Shown in pieces: positions 10,156-19,538 of a DNA stretch of 64,000 nt (its first letter is position 1; the number at the start of each line of letters is the position of its first letter). The position numbers and the translations under genes are program-made. The notes beneath the pieces are model-generated. The model had not been told where the DNA came from and searched no databases. It was given only the letters and a program-made list of their open reading frames with translations. Origin of the DNA: a virus; the IMG/VR virus record IMGVR_UViG_3300045974_000166, positions 64,001-128,000 of that record, one strand, 5' to 3'.

Positions 10156-13100
10156 ATGCCTACAAATTTATCCGCAGCACCTTACTACGATGACTACAAT
10201 CCAGCATCTGACTACCATCAGATTCTGTTTAAACCTGGTGTGTCTGTTCAGGCTCGTGAACTTACTCAAATGCAAAGCATTACAAGAAATCAGATTGCAG
10301 CATTTGGTGGTCACGTTTTTAAACATGGTTCAGTTGTCGTACCAGGTAATGTCACAACAGATTTTGAAGTCTCATATGTAAAGTTAACTATTGTAAACTT
10401 TGACGTTACTAGATTAGTAGGTAGTAAGCTTACTGGCCAAACTTCTGGTCTTACTGCATATGTTAAATTTGCTGTGAATGCGGTAGCGACCGATCCTGCA
10501 ACTATTTTTGTGACATACTATAATGTTGGTACCAATGGTGAACGTGTATTCACAGAAGGTGAAACTATCACAGACAATGTTAACAATTTTGTTGTATGGA
10601 CAAAACTTGTGTCAGACACTACGGAGTCTAGAGGACAATCTGTTCTTGCTTCTGTTAATAAAGGAACATTCTTCGTTAATGGTACTTTTGCTAATGTATC
10701 ACCACAGACGGTAGTATACTCAAAATATTCTGGTATTCCATCTGGTTCTGCATTGTTGAAGATTACTGAATCCATTGTTGATTCGAATACTGACCCAACA
10801 TTACTAGATCCAGCACAAGGTTCTTATAACTATGCTGCACCCGGCGCAGATCGTCTTAAAATTACCCTTACATTAGTAACACTTCCACTTGGTGCTACTT
10901 TTGGCGAAGATTATATTGAACTTATGCGGTATGACAATGGAGAACTTTTAGAACTTCTTCGGTATTCTAAGTACTCAGAACTAGAAAAGAATCTTGCACG
11001 TAGAACATATGAGCAATCTGGTGACTATATTACATCTGGCCTAGATATATCGGTGCGTGAACACCTTAAGAAAACTGTTAATGGTGGCAAATATGATGCA
11101 CCTACAGGTGATGCATCAAAATTCATTGTAGATGTTTCTGCTGGTAAAGCATATGTTAACGGATATGAGTGCGAAGTATTTTCTAAACGTGAAGTCGTGG
11201 TTGATAAGGCACGTTCTGCCGATCATATCAAAACATCTACCGCTAATTTAGTACCATCATTTGGCCAATATGTCCTGATTACGGATTTAGCTGGACTTCC
11301 AGTTTTCTCTACTCAAGAAACTATTACGTTCTATGATAATACTACTGCTGGTACCGTGATCGGTACGGCTTCTGCTCTAGCCGTAGATTATAATCAGACT
11401 GCCGGTGCAAATGAAACTTCTTCTATCTATACACTATTCATTTCAAATGTAGTATTGCAACCAGCTAAGTCTTTAGTTGATGTTGCTCGATGCACCTATA
11501 CTGCTGGTTCTTCAAAGGTTGTGCAAAAGATTAATATTGCTTCATCATCAGCAGTTGATTTTGTATTGGGTGAACTTGTCTCTGCTGGTGCTACTGGCCG
11601 ATCTGCAACCGTTCGTAAATACAACCGATACACTGGTGAACTGTTTGTGATCAAGAATGGTGCAAATACTGTACCAATTATCAATGATTTTCTTACTGCA
11701 GTATCTACTTCTTCTGGTAAAATTTTGTCTATTGATGCTATATTTAAGAATTCAACTGACAATCTTATCATTCAACTTCCAAAGAAATCTGTTAATGCAG
11801 TTAAGAATAGTGCAAATGCAGTTGATACTACATATAAACTTTACTATAATACCACCGTAACATGTGTCGCTGGCAATGCATCATTCTCTGTGACTGGTAT
11901 GACTATTGATCCAAAAGAACAAGGCAACTTCATGGTCGTTGGTGCTACACAGGTTTATCCGATCTCTGTTGCAACAGTAACAACCGACGGTTTAACCGTT
12001 AACATTACTGGTATTACTCCTACAACAGCAGTTCTGCAAATTACATGTGCCGCTACGAAAACTCTTACTGGTTCTACTCCAAAGACAAAATCTAAGAGCA
12101 CTTCTACCGCCGAAGTATTTACTCTAACTTCTGGGTTTGGCCAACTAAAATATGCCGATGGTATTAGATTAATTTCTGTTATTTCATCCGTTGACGGTAA
12201 TGTCACTTCTCGGTTTATGTTCGACAACGGCCAGCGCGACTATGTATATGGTCGTTCAGCCGTAGTATTAATTTCTGGAACTGCTCCTACAGGAACTCTA
12301 ACAGCAACATATGATTACTTTGCTCATAATGCTGGTTCTGGTGATCACTTCACTGTTGACTCATATGTCTCATCTGGCCTCGTAGATTATTTTGAATCAT
12401 CACTTTTATACTACACTAGCAAATCTGGTGGAACTAAATATGATCTAAGAAACTGCTTAGACTTTCGTCCACGTGAAGGTGTGGCCGGAGGTATTACTGG
12501 TGTGTCTTCTCTTACAAATTATCTACCACAGGTTGACTCTAGAATTACTACATCTGTACAAAGTTATGTAGGTCGCTATGATGTTGTTGTAATTGATAAA
12601 GCTTCAAAAATTAGTACTCTTACTGGTGTACCTTCGGAAACACCTTATGTGCCAAAGATCAATTCTGAGATCATTTCTCTTGGAACTATCTACGTACCAC
12701 CATATACTTACTCTGTCAACGATATGAGATTGTCAAAGTCTAATAATTCTACTTATAGAATGAAAGACATCTTTGGTATCGAAAACCGAATTGCTAATCT
12801 TGAAGATTATGTGACGATTAATGCAACAGAAGCATCAATCATCAATTATGATGTTATCGATGCACAAACTGGTTTATCTAGATATAAGTCTGGTTATTTA
12901 GTTGACACTTTTGACAATCCAGACATCATTTCAGATATTTTGGGTAGTCAGTTTACTATCACTTATTTTTCTGGCAATATTATTCCACAATTTGAAGTAT
13001 ACGAAACTCCGCTTGTGACTTCTTCTGCTGGTACTTTGTCTATTACAAATAATGTAGTGATGCTACCCTTTACAGAGATTGTCTTTGCCAAACAACCAAT

Positions 13101-14037
13101 GTCATCTAAGATTACTAACATCAATCCGTTTTCTGTATTTTCGTGGCACGGTATTATGAGTATCCAACCAAAATCTGATTCGTGGGAAGAAATTCAAAAT
13201 TTACCTACGGTGTTGAATACTCACAACCAAGTGTTAAACAATACGGTTGTTAACATTACTACAGAAACTATAAATGTTAGTCGGCCATGGGATTGGGTGC
13301 CACCTTCTGGTGCTTTAGTTTCTTATGCTGCTGCACCAACACCTGTTGTTGCTCCACCGGCTTCTGGCGGGGGTGGGGGTGGATGTTTTACTGGTGAAAC
13401 ATTAGTTACTATGGCAAATGGTAAAAAGAAAGCAATCTCGGAAATCGTTGTGGGTGATCTTGTTAAGGGCACAACTAAGGATGCATTCAATGAAGTTCTA
13501 TATGTGGAATCTCTTGAGAACAACATGTGGAATCTTTACTCTCCAAACGAGACATTCATTCCATTTGCTACTATCAACCATCCATTCTACATCAATGGCG
13601 TTCTAACTCTACCAAAAGAATTGATGGGCAAGATTAACTATTCTTGGCTTGGCAATATCCAGTATGAAGCATTTGGCAATGTACAAGAACTTAATAAGTC
13701 TAGATGCCGTGTATACAATCTTTGGTTAGATGGTGACGGCACTTACCTTGTAAATGGACTTCCAACAACTTCGATTTTGTTAGACACAAAATTCCTAAGA
13801 AACATAATTAAATATGAGCATGTAACTCATGATCAATGTATGGAAATTATTAATGCCGTTCAATCGGATATTAATTTGCTAAATGGATCTTATGCAGTTT
13901 CTAGAATTTTAGGAAAACTAAATTTAAGATTCATAGATCGTACAGTTGCATGCACATTCAATGACGGAAAAATATCTAAGAAAATATTGTTTGGTTTCTT
14001 AAAAATCGTCGGTTCTCTAGTTATAAAGAAAAAATAA
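10156..14037 (+). CDS. Large virion structural protein (DUF4815/VrlC-like, N-terminal part) ending in a Hint domain
   Basis: PYYDDY..ILFKPG..VQARELTQMQS..APGADRLKI..LARRTYEQSGDY..RYKSGYLVDTF; Hint-like GGGGGG-CFTGETLVTMA...YNLWLDGDGTYLVNG from C1077 (nt 13384). Confidence 0.8.
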   Translation: MPTNLSAAPYYDDYNPASDYHQILFKPGVSVQARELTQMQSITRNQIAAFGGHVFKHGSVVVPGNVTTDFEVSYVKLTIVNFDVTRLVGSKLTGQTSGLTAYVKFAVNAVATDPATIFVTYYNVGTNGERVFTEGETITDNVNNFVVWTKLVSDTTESRGQSVLASVNKGTFFVNGTFANVSPQTVVYSKYSGIPSGSALLKITESIVDSNTDPTLLDPAQGSYNYAAPGADRLKITLTLVTLPLGATFGEDYIELMRYDNGELLELLRYSKYSELEKNLARRTYEQSGDYITSGLDISVREHLKKTVNGGKYDAPTGDASKFIVDVSAGKAYVNGYECEVFSKREVVVDKARSADHIKTSTANLVPSFGQYVLITDLAGLPVFSTQETITFYDNTTAGTVIGTASALAVDYNQTAGANETSSIYTLFISNVVLQPAKSLVDVARCTYTAGSSKVVQKINIASSSAVDFVLGELVSAGATGRSATVRKYNRYTGELFVIKNGANTVPIINDFLTAVSTSSGKILSIDAIFKNSTDNLIIQLPKKSVNAVKNSANAVDTTYKLYYNTTVTCVAGNASFSVTGMTIDPKEQGNFMVVGATQVYPISVATVTTDGLTVNITGITPTTAVLQITCAATKTLTGSTPKTKSKSTSTAEVFTLTSGFGQLKYADGIRLISVISSVDGNVTSRFMFDNGQRDYVYGRSAVVLISGTAPTGTLTATYDYFAHNAGSGDHFTVDSYVSSGLVDYFESSLLYYTSKSGGTKYDLRNCLDFRPREGVAGGITGVSSLTNYLPQVDSRITTSVQSYVGRYDVVVIDKASKISTLTGVPSETPYVPKINSEIISLGTIYVPPYTYSVNDMRLSKSNNSTYRMKDIFGIENRIANLEDYVTINATEASIINYDVIDAQTGLSRYKSGYLVDTFDNPDIISDILGSQFTITYFSGNIIPQFEVYETPLVTSSAGTLSITNNVVMLPFTEIVFAKQPMSSKITNINPFSVFSWHGIMSIQPKSDSWEEIQNLPTVLNTHNQVLNNTVVNITTETINVSRPWDWVPPSGALVSYAAAPTPVVAPPASGGGGGGCFTGETLVTMANGKKKAISEIVVGDLVKGTTKDAFNEVLYVESLENNMWNLYSPNETFIPFATINHPFYINGVLTLPKELMGKINYSWLGNIQYEAFGNVQELNKSRCRVYNLWLDGDGTYLVNGLPTTSILLDTKFLRNIIKYEHVTHDQCMEIINAVQSDINLLNGSYAVSRILGKLNLRFIDRTVACTFNDGKISKKILFGFLKIVGSLVIKKK

Positions 14038-16308
14038 ATGGCTACATCATTACTAAGCACTTATGGCACTACTCAATCTATTAGTAGAACTGATCTAGTT
14101 GGTCTAACATCTGTTTCTTTCATCAGACCACAAAGAATTAGTTTCTCTGTTTCTGGTACAAAACCAAATACAAGACTTTATGCATTTTTTGATGGTCAGG
14201 TAGTCTCACAATATGTAGCACAGACAGGCAAAAACAAGGGTGACCCAATCATTGCTGATAGCGCTGGCAGTGTCACTGGTTACTTTGATGTCCCACCTGT
14301 CACTTTTAACACTGGTGTTCGGACATTTTTGCTTCAAGATGATCCAGTATATTCTACTACGGTTATACCTGGAAATTCTGTGGGTACTGCCCAGGCTAAT
14401 TTTTCGGCCGCTGGTATTCTTAAGACATTCCAACAAACAACAGATGTTACAAATACTACGTTTAATACATTTAAACAAGATATTACTAAAACTGTAACAA
14501 ACAACATCATTGCAGCCAAACCTGTTCCTCCGCCAGCTCCCGCACCAGTTGTATCTACATGGTCCGGCGGAAATGACGGTGGAGGAGGTGGGGGAGATCC
14601 TCTCGCCCAGACATTTTTTACATATGGTGTAAAGGGTGGTTGTTTTATTACTGCTATTTCTGTGTTCTTTCAAAGTAAAGATGCATCTTTACCTATTACG
14701 TTACAGATTAGAAATACTAACAATGGTTATCCAACGGATTCTTTAATTTCGGAGTATGCTTCTAAAACATTGTCACCAGTTTCAATATTCACTTCTAACG
14801 ATTCAAGCCTAGAGACTAAGTTCGCATTTGATAGACCAATTTATCTTCAGGAAAATCAAGAATTCTGTTTTGTTTTGATGGCAAATTCTAACGGCTACAA
14901 TGTTTGGACTTCAGAATTTAGTAAAGTGTCAGTAGAAACAGGCAAGACAATTTTTGAACAGCCTTATGTTGGTACAATGTTCAAATCAGAAAATAATTCT
15001 ACTTGGACTGCTGAACAAGCTGAAGATATTAAGTTTACAATCTATCGTGCATCTTTTAATACTGCACCACGTGAATACACATTTAAAGCTAATGCACCTA
15101 CTATACTAGTGCCTGGTTATAATTTCTCTACTACATCTGGTGTCAGCCCAATAATCACTGCATCTTTTGACACACAGCACGGTCATAAAACTGGTGACAA
15201 AATTGTTCTTGCAACTCTTACGGGTGCAACATATAGAGGTATGACTGCTGCTACACTTGGTGTAAATACTGGTTTTTCTGTGACAGTTATAGATGATTAT
15301 TCTCTCACTTTTACAGCAACTGGTTGTACATCAACATCTGCCGGTCTTTTGTCGGCATCAGGAATTCTAAATCAGATTTCTGTAATTGCCCCCGGTACAG
15401 GTTATACAGCTTCTCCTTCAATTGTAGTTTCTGGTGGTGGAGCTTCTGTACAAGCTACTGCTCATGCAGTTGTAGTTTCTGGTAAGGTAGCTTCTGTTAT
15501 CATTGATACGGTTGGTACAGGATATACTTCTAAACCATCTGTTGCTATTACGGATGGTTCTGGGTCTGGTTGTATACTTGATGCAGTGTCAGAAGCAATT
15601 TTTGTAGTTTCTCTGAACAAACAATATCAAAATTTGCTGCCTGTTGTCGATACATTTATTCCACAATCTACAACAGTTGATTGCACTATAAAAACTATGA
15701 CGTCAGATTACATTCAGGGCATACATGAATTGTCGTCTCTTACCGTTCCTCGTCAATTGGTTAAGAATGCAGTTTTACTTAATTCTGGAACTGAAACTGT
15801 TGTTTCGTCTGGTGTGAATTCTACCGAAATTAAAATGACATTTTCTACGGATAATGCTAATGTTTCTCCAATGTTAGATTTAGCTAATAAACCTAGACTT
15901 CGGGTACATAATTTTATTGTAAATAACTCTTCAAATGCAGCATCAGAAACCTCTGCCACAACAGGTACAGCCCAGTCTAAATACATCTCTAAAATTGTAA
16001 AGATCGACACACCTTCTAAAGGTGCCAAGATATTTGTATCTGGTGCTTCAATTAAACAGACATCGTTTGATGTCTTTATTCGTACTTCGATAGGTAGTGA
16101 TAACCATACTCTGCTTGCTTGGACTCCAATGAACTGTGACATTCTTCGTAATGTTTCAAGTACATGGGATGAATACAGAGACTATGAATTTTACATCGAA
16201 AATCTTGCTATATTTGATACGTACGATATTAAGATAGTTTTGTACTCAGATGTTAAATACTTATTCCCAAAGATAGATAATTACCGTGTGATTATCCTAG
16301 CATCATAA
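14038..16308 (+). CDS. Large virion structural protein (DUF4815/VrlC-like, C-terminal part)
   Basis: FIRPQRISF..KPNTRLYAFFDG, GGDPLAQTF, WTAEQAEDIKFTIYRASF, SPMLDL and EYRDYEF motifs, which normally form the C-terminal half of the same protein as the upstream ORF. Confidence 0.8.
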   Translation: MATSLLSTYGTTQSISRTDLVGLTSVSFIRPQRISFSVSGTKPNTRLYAFFDGQVVSQYVAQTGKNKGDPIIADSAGSVTGYFDVPPVTFNTGVRTFLLQDDPVYSTTVIPGNSVGTAQANFSAAGILKTFQQTTDVTNTTFNTFKQDITKTVTNNIIAAKPVPPPAPAPVVSTWSGGNDGGGGGGDPLAQTFFTYGVKGGCFITAISVFFQSKDASLPITLQIRNTNNGYPTDSLISEYASKTLSPVSIFTSNDSSLETKFAFDRPIYLQENQEFCFVLMANSNGYNVWTSEFSKVSVETGKTIFEQPYVGTMFKSENNSTWTAEQAEDIKFTIYRASFNTAPREYTFKANAPTILVPGYNFSTTSGVSPIITASFDTQHGHKTGDKIVLATLTGATYRGMTAATLGVNTGFSVTVIDDYSLTFTATGCTSTSAGLLSASGILNQISVIAPGTGYTASPSIVVSGGGASVQATAHAVVVSGKVASVIIDTVGTGYTSKPSVAITDGSGSGCILDAVSEAIFVVSLNKQYQNLLPVVDTFIPQSTTVDCTIKTMTSDYIQGIHELSSLTVPRQLVKNAVLLNSGTETVVSSGVNSTEIKMTFSTDNANVSPMLDLANKPRLRVHNFIVNNSSNAASETSATTGTAQSKYISKIVKIDTPSKGAKIFVSGASIKQTSFDVFIRTSIGSDNHTLLAWTPMNCDILRNVSSTWDEYRDYEFYIENLAIFDTYDIKIVLYSDVKYLFPKIDNYRVIILAS

Positions 16309-16318
16309 AGATAGAACC

Positions 16319-17797
16319 ATGGCCGCAAACATAATTTATAGAGCTTCAGTAACTCCGGTCGTAGCCTCTGCTACTATTGCAAAAAATTCTGCCCTTTCTA
16401 ATGCAGAAATGGATGGAAACTTAAAAGCAATTGCTAACGAATTGGAAATAAAAGCAAATCTAAATGCACCCACATTTACGGGCACAGTTGTTCTACCAGC
16501 AACTACTTCAATTGGCACCGTATCTTCTGTAGAGTTAGGGTTTTTGGATGGAGTAACTTCTAGTATTCAGACGCAATTGTCATCTAAAGCTTCAATAGCA
16601 AGTCCTACTTTTTCTGGTATTCCAACTGCACCTACTGCCGCACCTGGTACTAGTACCACACAAGTTGCAACAACGGAATTTGTTGCAACTTCTTTTACGG
16701 CAAAAGCACCAGTCGCTTCTCCTGCATTTACAGGTACTGCTACTGCACCTCAATTTATTTCTACTGCTGCCATTGGTACTCCTCCGTTTGCGGTAACTTC
16801 TACTACTGTCGTCACAAATCTAAATGCGGATTTCCTTGACGGTCAATCAGGAGATACTGCTGCAACACCAAGCACAATCGTAATCAGAGATGTTTCTGGT
16901 GGAGCTGCTCTTACAAATCTGAATACTACACTAGCTGATGTTAATACAATTTCCGGAGCTCTTGTATTTAGAAATGCAGGTTCTCTGGGTTACTGTTCAT
17001 CTACAACTGCTATTAAGACTTATCTTGGTGTTCCAACTGGTTCTGGTACTTCTACTGGTAGTAATACTGGTGATCAAACTTCTGTTACAGGTAATGCCGG
17101 CACAGTAACTAACGGTGTCTATACGATTGGAGACCAAACGATAGGTGGTAATAAGACATTCTCTCTTCCAATCGTTGGAACACTATCTGGTACTGCTACT
17201 TACGTTTCTACTACACAACAGACAAATATGATTACTGGTTCTAACACTCCAGTAAACATTGCTCTAGCTAATTCAACTAATAACGGTTCATTCGTCTGCC
17301 GAGCAGCTGGTGCATCTGACGGTAATTCTAATTTAGCAGGTCTAACATTTTGGCATGATTCTTATGCAATCAAGATGGGTGTTCGTGCCGATGGTATGTT
17401 TGGTATTGGTGGTTGGTCTAGAGGCGCATGGTCGTGGTATTCTGATTCTGCTGGCAACTGTGTGGCCTCAGGTAATGTGTCTGGTTATTCAGACCCGAGG
17501 CTTAAAGACAATGTACAACTTATAGCTGATCCATTTGCTCTTATAGATGCTATCAACGGAGTAACATTCACCTGGAATGAACATTCTAAACTCATACAAC
17601 CTAAATGGGGAAAACATGATTATGGTGTCCTATCATCAGAAGTAAAATCTGTGATGCCAGAAATCATTACTCAGTCAATTTCTGATGAAGAAACAGGTGA
17701 GATTTATGATACAGTCGACTACACCAAATTGGTACCAGTTCTTCTAGAAGCAATAAAACTATTGAAAAGAGAAGTTGATCTCTTAAAAGCAAAATGA
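16319..17797 (+). CDS. Tail fibre 1 with C-terminal S74 intramolecular chaperone
   Basis: SPTFTG/APTA repeats; C-terminal YSDPRLKDNV..INGVTFTW..VDYTKLVPVLLEAIK. Confidence 0.85.
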   Translation: MAANIIYRASVTPVVASATIAKNSALSNAEMDGNLKAIANELEIKANLNAPTFTGTVVLPATTSIGTVSSVELGFLDGVTSSIQTQLSSKASIASPTFSGIPTAPTAAPGTSTTQVATTEFVATSFTAKAPVASPAFTGTATAPQFISTAAIGTPPFAVTSTTVVTNLNADFLDGQSGDTAATPSTIVIRDVSGGAALTNLNTTLADVNTISGALVFRNAGSLGYCSSTTAIKTYLGVPTGSGTSTGSNTGDQTSVTGNAGTVTNGVYTIGDQTIGGNKTFSLPIVGTLSGTATYVSTTQQTNMITGSNTPVNIALANSTNNGSFVCRAAGASDGNSNLAGLTFWHDSYAIKMGVRADGMFGIGGWSRGAWSWYSDSAGNCVASGNVSGYSDPRLKDNVQLIADPFALIDAINGVTFTWNEHSKLIQPKWGKHDYGVLSSEVKSVMPEIITQSISDEETGEIYDTVDYTKLVPVLLEAIKLLKREVDLLKAK

Positions 17798-18699
17798 CTA
17801 TAAAGCGCTCTGGTATAATCGGACTTGCCGATATTCAGAATGAATTTGGGGGCAATGCCCCTATAGATATAAGTGAATACTATAGAAGTGGTGCATTTAC
17901 CACTTCAAATAATATAGCAGTCCCAACTGCCGGGCTTGTTTCTTTAGATAAATTTTATGGGACATCAAAATACATACCAGGTACTTCTGGTGTTTTAACT
18001 GCTTCAACTTCTATTGTACTTCCACCTCAATGTGGTACCACAGTATACTACTATTGTATTGCTGGCGGGGGTGGGGGTGGTGGAGGATCATCTCGCATAT
18101 CTTATGGTTATGGCGCAGGTGGTGGTGGCGGCACTGGTGGAAATTCTTATGGTTCATTTTCTGTTGTACCCGGAGATACTTTAGATGTTATAGTTGGTGG
18201 CGGCGGCTCAGCTGGCGCAGCCAGAGACGGCCCATATTCATTTGGAACAACCGCGGGTGAAGGTGGACTTTCTAGGATAAACAAAAATGGAATCCCTGTG
18301 GTTACGGCAAATGGTGGACTATACGGTACTGTTGCGCAATATGGTATAAACTCCAGTTTAGTAACTCCGGGTGGATCTATAGGTACTATATCTGGGGGAA
18401 CTACAATAGAGGCTGGTGATGTAGGTCAATATGGACAAAATGGAGTTTGGTGGGCAATTGGTGGGTCAGGCGGCCGCGGATTCTCTCTATCTTTATCTAA
18501 TAATGTTGGAGTATACACACGTGGTGCTTTGGGCGCCGGCGGCATCGGATACTATAATGGATACGGATCTGCTAGAAATGCAGTCTCTGGAACTGGATAT
18601 GGTGCTGGTGGATCAGGTGGTGGAGCAATGATGAATGCAGATTCACAAACATATCAGGGTACTCCGGGTGTTCAGGGTGCAGTATTAATCTGGTGGTAA
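17794..18699 (+). CDS. Glycine-rich fibre-tip/adhesin-like protein
   Basis: N-terminal LADIQNEFGG..IDISEYYR motif, many GGGG tracts, C-terminal GVQGAVLIWW; follows an S74 fibre. Confidence 0.6.
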   Translation: MTIKRSGIIGLADIQNEFGGNAPIDISEYYRSGAFTTSNNIAVPTAGLVSLDKFYGTSKYIPGTSGVLTASTSIVLPPQCGTTVYYYCIAGGGGGGGGSSRISYGYGAGGGGGTGGNSYGSFSVVPGDTLDVIVGGGGSAGAARDGPYSFGTTAGEGGLSRINKNGIPVVTANGGLYGTVAQYGINSSLVTPGGSIGTISGGTTIEAGDVGQYGQNGVWWAIGGSGGRGFSLSLSNNVGVYTRGALGAGGIGYYNGYGSARNAVSGTGYGAGGSGGGAMMNADSQTYQGTPGVQGAVLIWW

Positions 18700-18712
18700 A
18701 TTAGGAAATAAA

Positions 18713-19321
18713 ATGGAATATTCTTGGAAAATTGAGCATGTAGATGATGTATCTAATACAATGACTGTTAAGTATACATTTAACACGTCGTACCCATTAG
18801 ATTCAGTTCTAGTAAATATGTCTAGATGTCCGGCCGGCGTGAATGTAAATGATCATATACGACAACATACACCAACTTCTGTGCTTTCTCCGGGTGGTTT
18901 GTATAACAACTCTGCTGTGACTGGTATGACTGGTCTTGATTCTGTGTATGTAGATTCTATTATCAAGATGGATTCTATTACTCTTGATGACTATAAAAAA
19001 CTAAAGCGTGAAGAACTTGCAGCTAAGAGATTTGAATACGAAACTTCGGGGTTTGATTTTAATGGTATTAGAGTAGATACTTCTAGACAATCTCAAGCAA
19101 CTCTTGGCAATGCTTATGTCTCTATGAAGAATAACCTAATCCCATCGGTAGATTGGAAAGATTCTACGGGTAACTTCATCACTCTTACACTGACACAAGT
19201 AGAACCATTAGCAATTGCTGTGGCAGAATTTGTTCAGGCCGCGTTTTCCAAAGAGAAAACTTTGATACAACTTGTGAATGCAGCTACTACAAAGTCCGAA
19301 GTAGATTTAGTTGTTTGGTAA
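18713..19321 (+). CDS. Tail-fibre assembly-associated protein (DUF4376-like C-terminus)
   Basis: KKLKREELAAKRFEYETSG..VDTSRQSQ..WKDSTGNFITLT..VQAAFSKE. Confidence 0.6.
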   Translation: MEYSWKIEHVDDVSNTMTVKYTFNTSYPLDSVLVNMSRCPAGVNVNDHIRQHTPTSVLSPGGLYNNSAVTGMTGLDSVYVDSIIKMDSITLDDYKKLKREELAAKRFEYETSGFDFNGIRVDTSRQSQATLGNAYVSMKNNLIPSVDWKDSTGNFITLTLTQVEPLAIAVAEFVQAAFSKEKTLIQLVNAATTKSEVDLVVW

Positions 19322-19322
19322 A

Positions 19323-19538
19323 ATGAAGCAAATTGTTGATGCTTCTGGTACTCCAATTAAGGGTCTTTTTAAGAATGCAGATGGATCGGTAATCGTAAAG
19401 AATGATGTCGAACTTAAAAAGAATCTAAAACAGCATGAGACGTTCGACCGATTAAATAATCAAATAAATGATCTGACGATTAGAGTATCGGAGATAGAAA
19501 ATCTTCTTAGAAAAATGAGAATAAACAATGACAGCTAA
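19323..19538 (+). CDS. Small coiled-coil hypothetical protein
   Basis: ATG at 19323 follows the previous stop; C-terminal heptads INDLTIRVSEIENLLRK. Confidence 0.6.
   Translation: MKQIVDASGTPIKGLFKNADGSVIVKNDVELKKNLKQHETFDRLNNQINDLTIRVSEIENLLRKMRINNDS

Noticed and set aside
13384-13770. Classical splicing intein
   Set aside because: No terminal His-Asn followed by Cys/Ser/Thr, no homing endonuclease, and no downstream extein in the same ORF; treated as a non-splicing Hint.
14035-14037. Genome-wide stop-codon reassignment
   Set aside because: TAA, TAG and TGA all end well-conserved genes at the expected lengths under the standard code.
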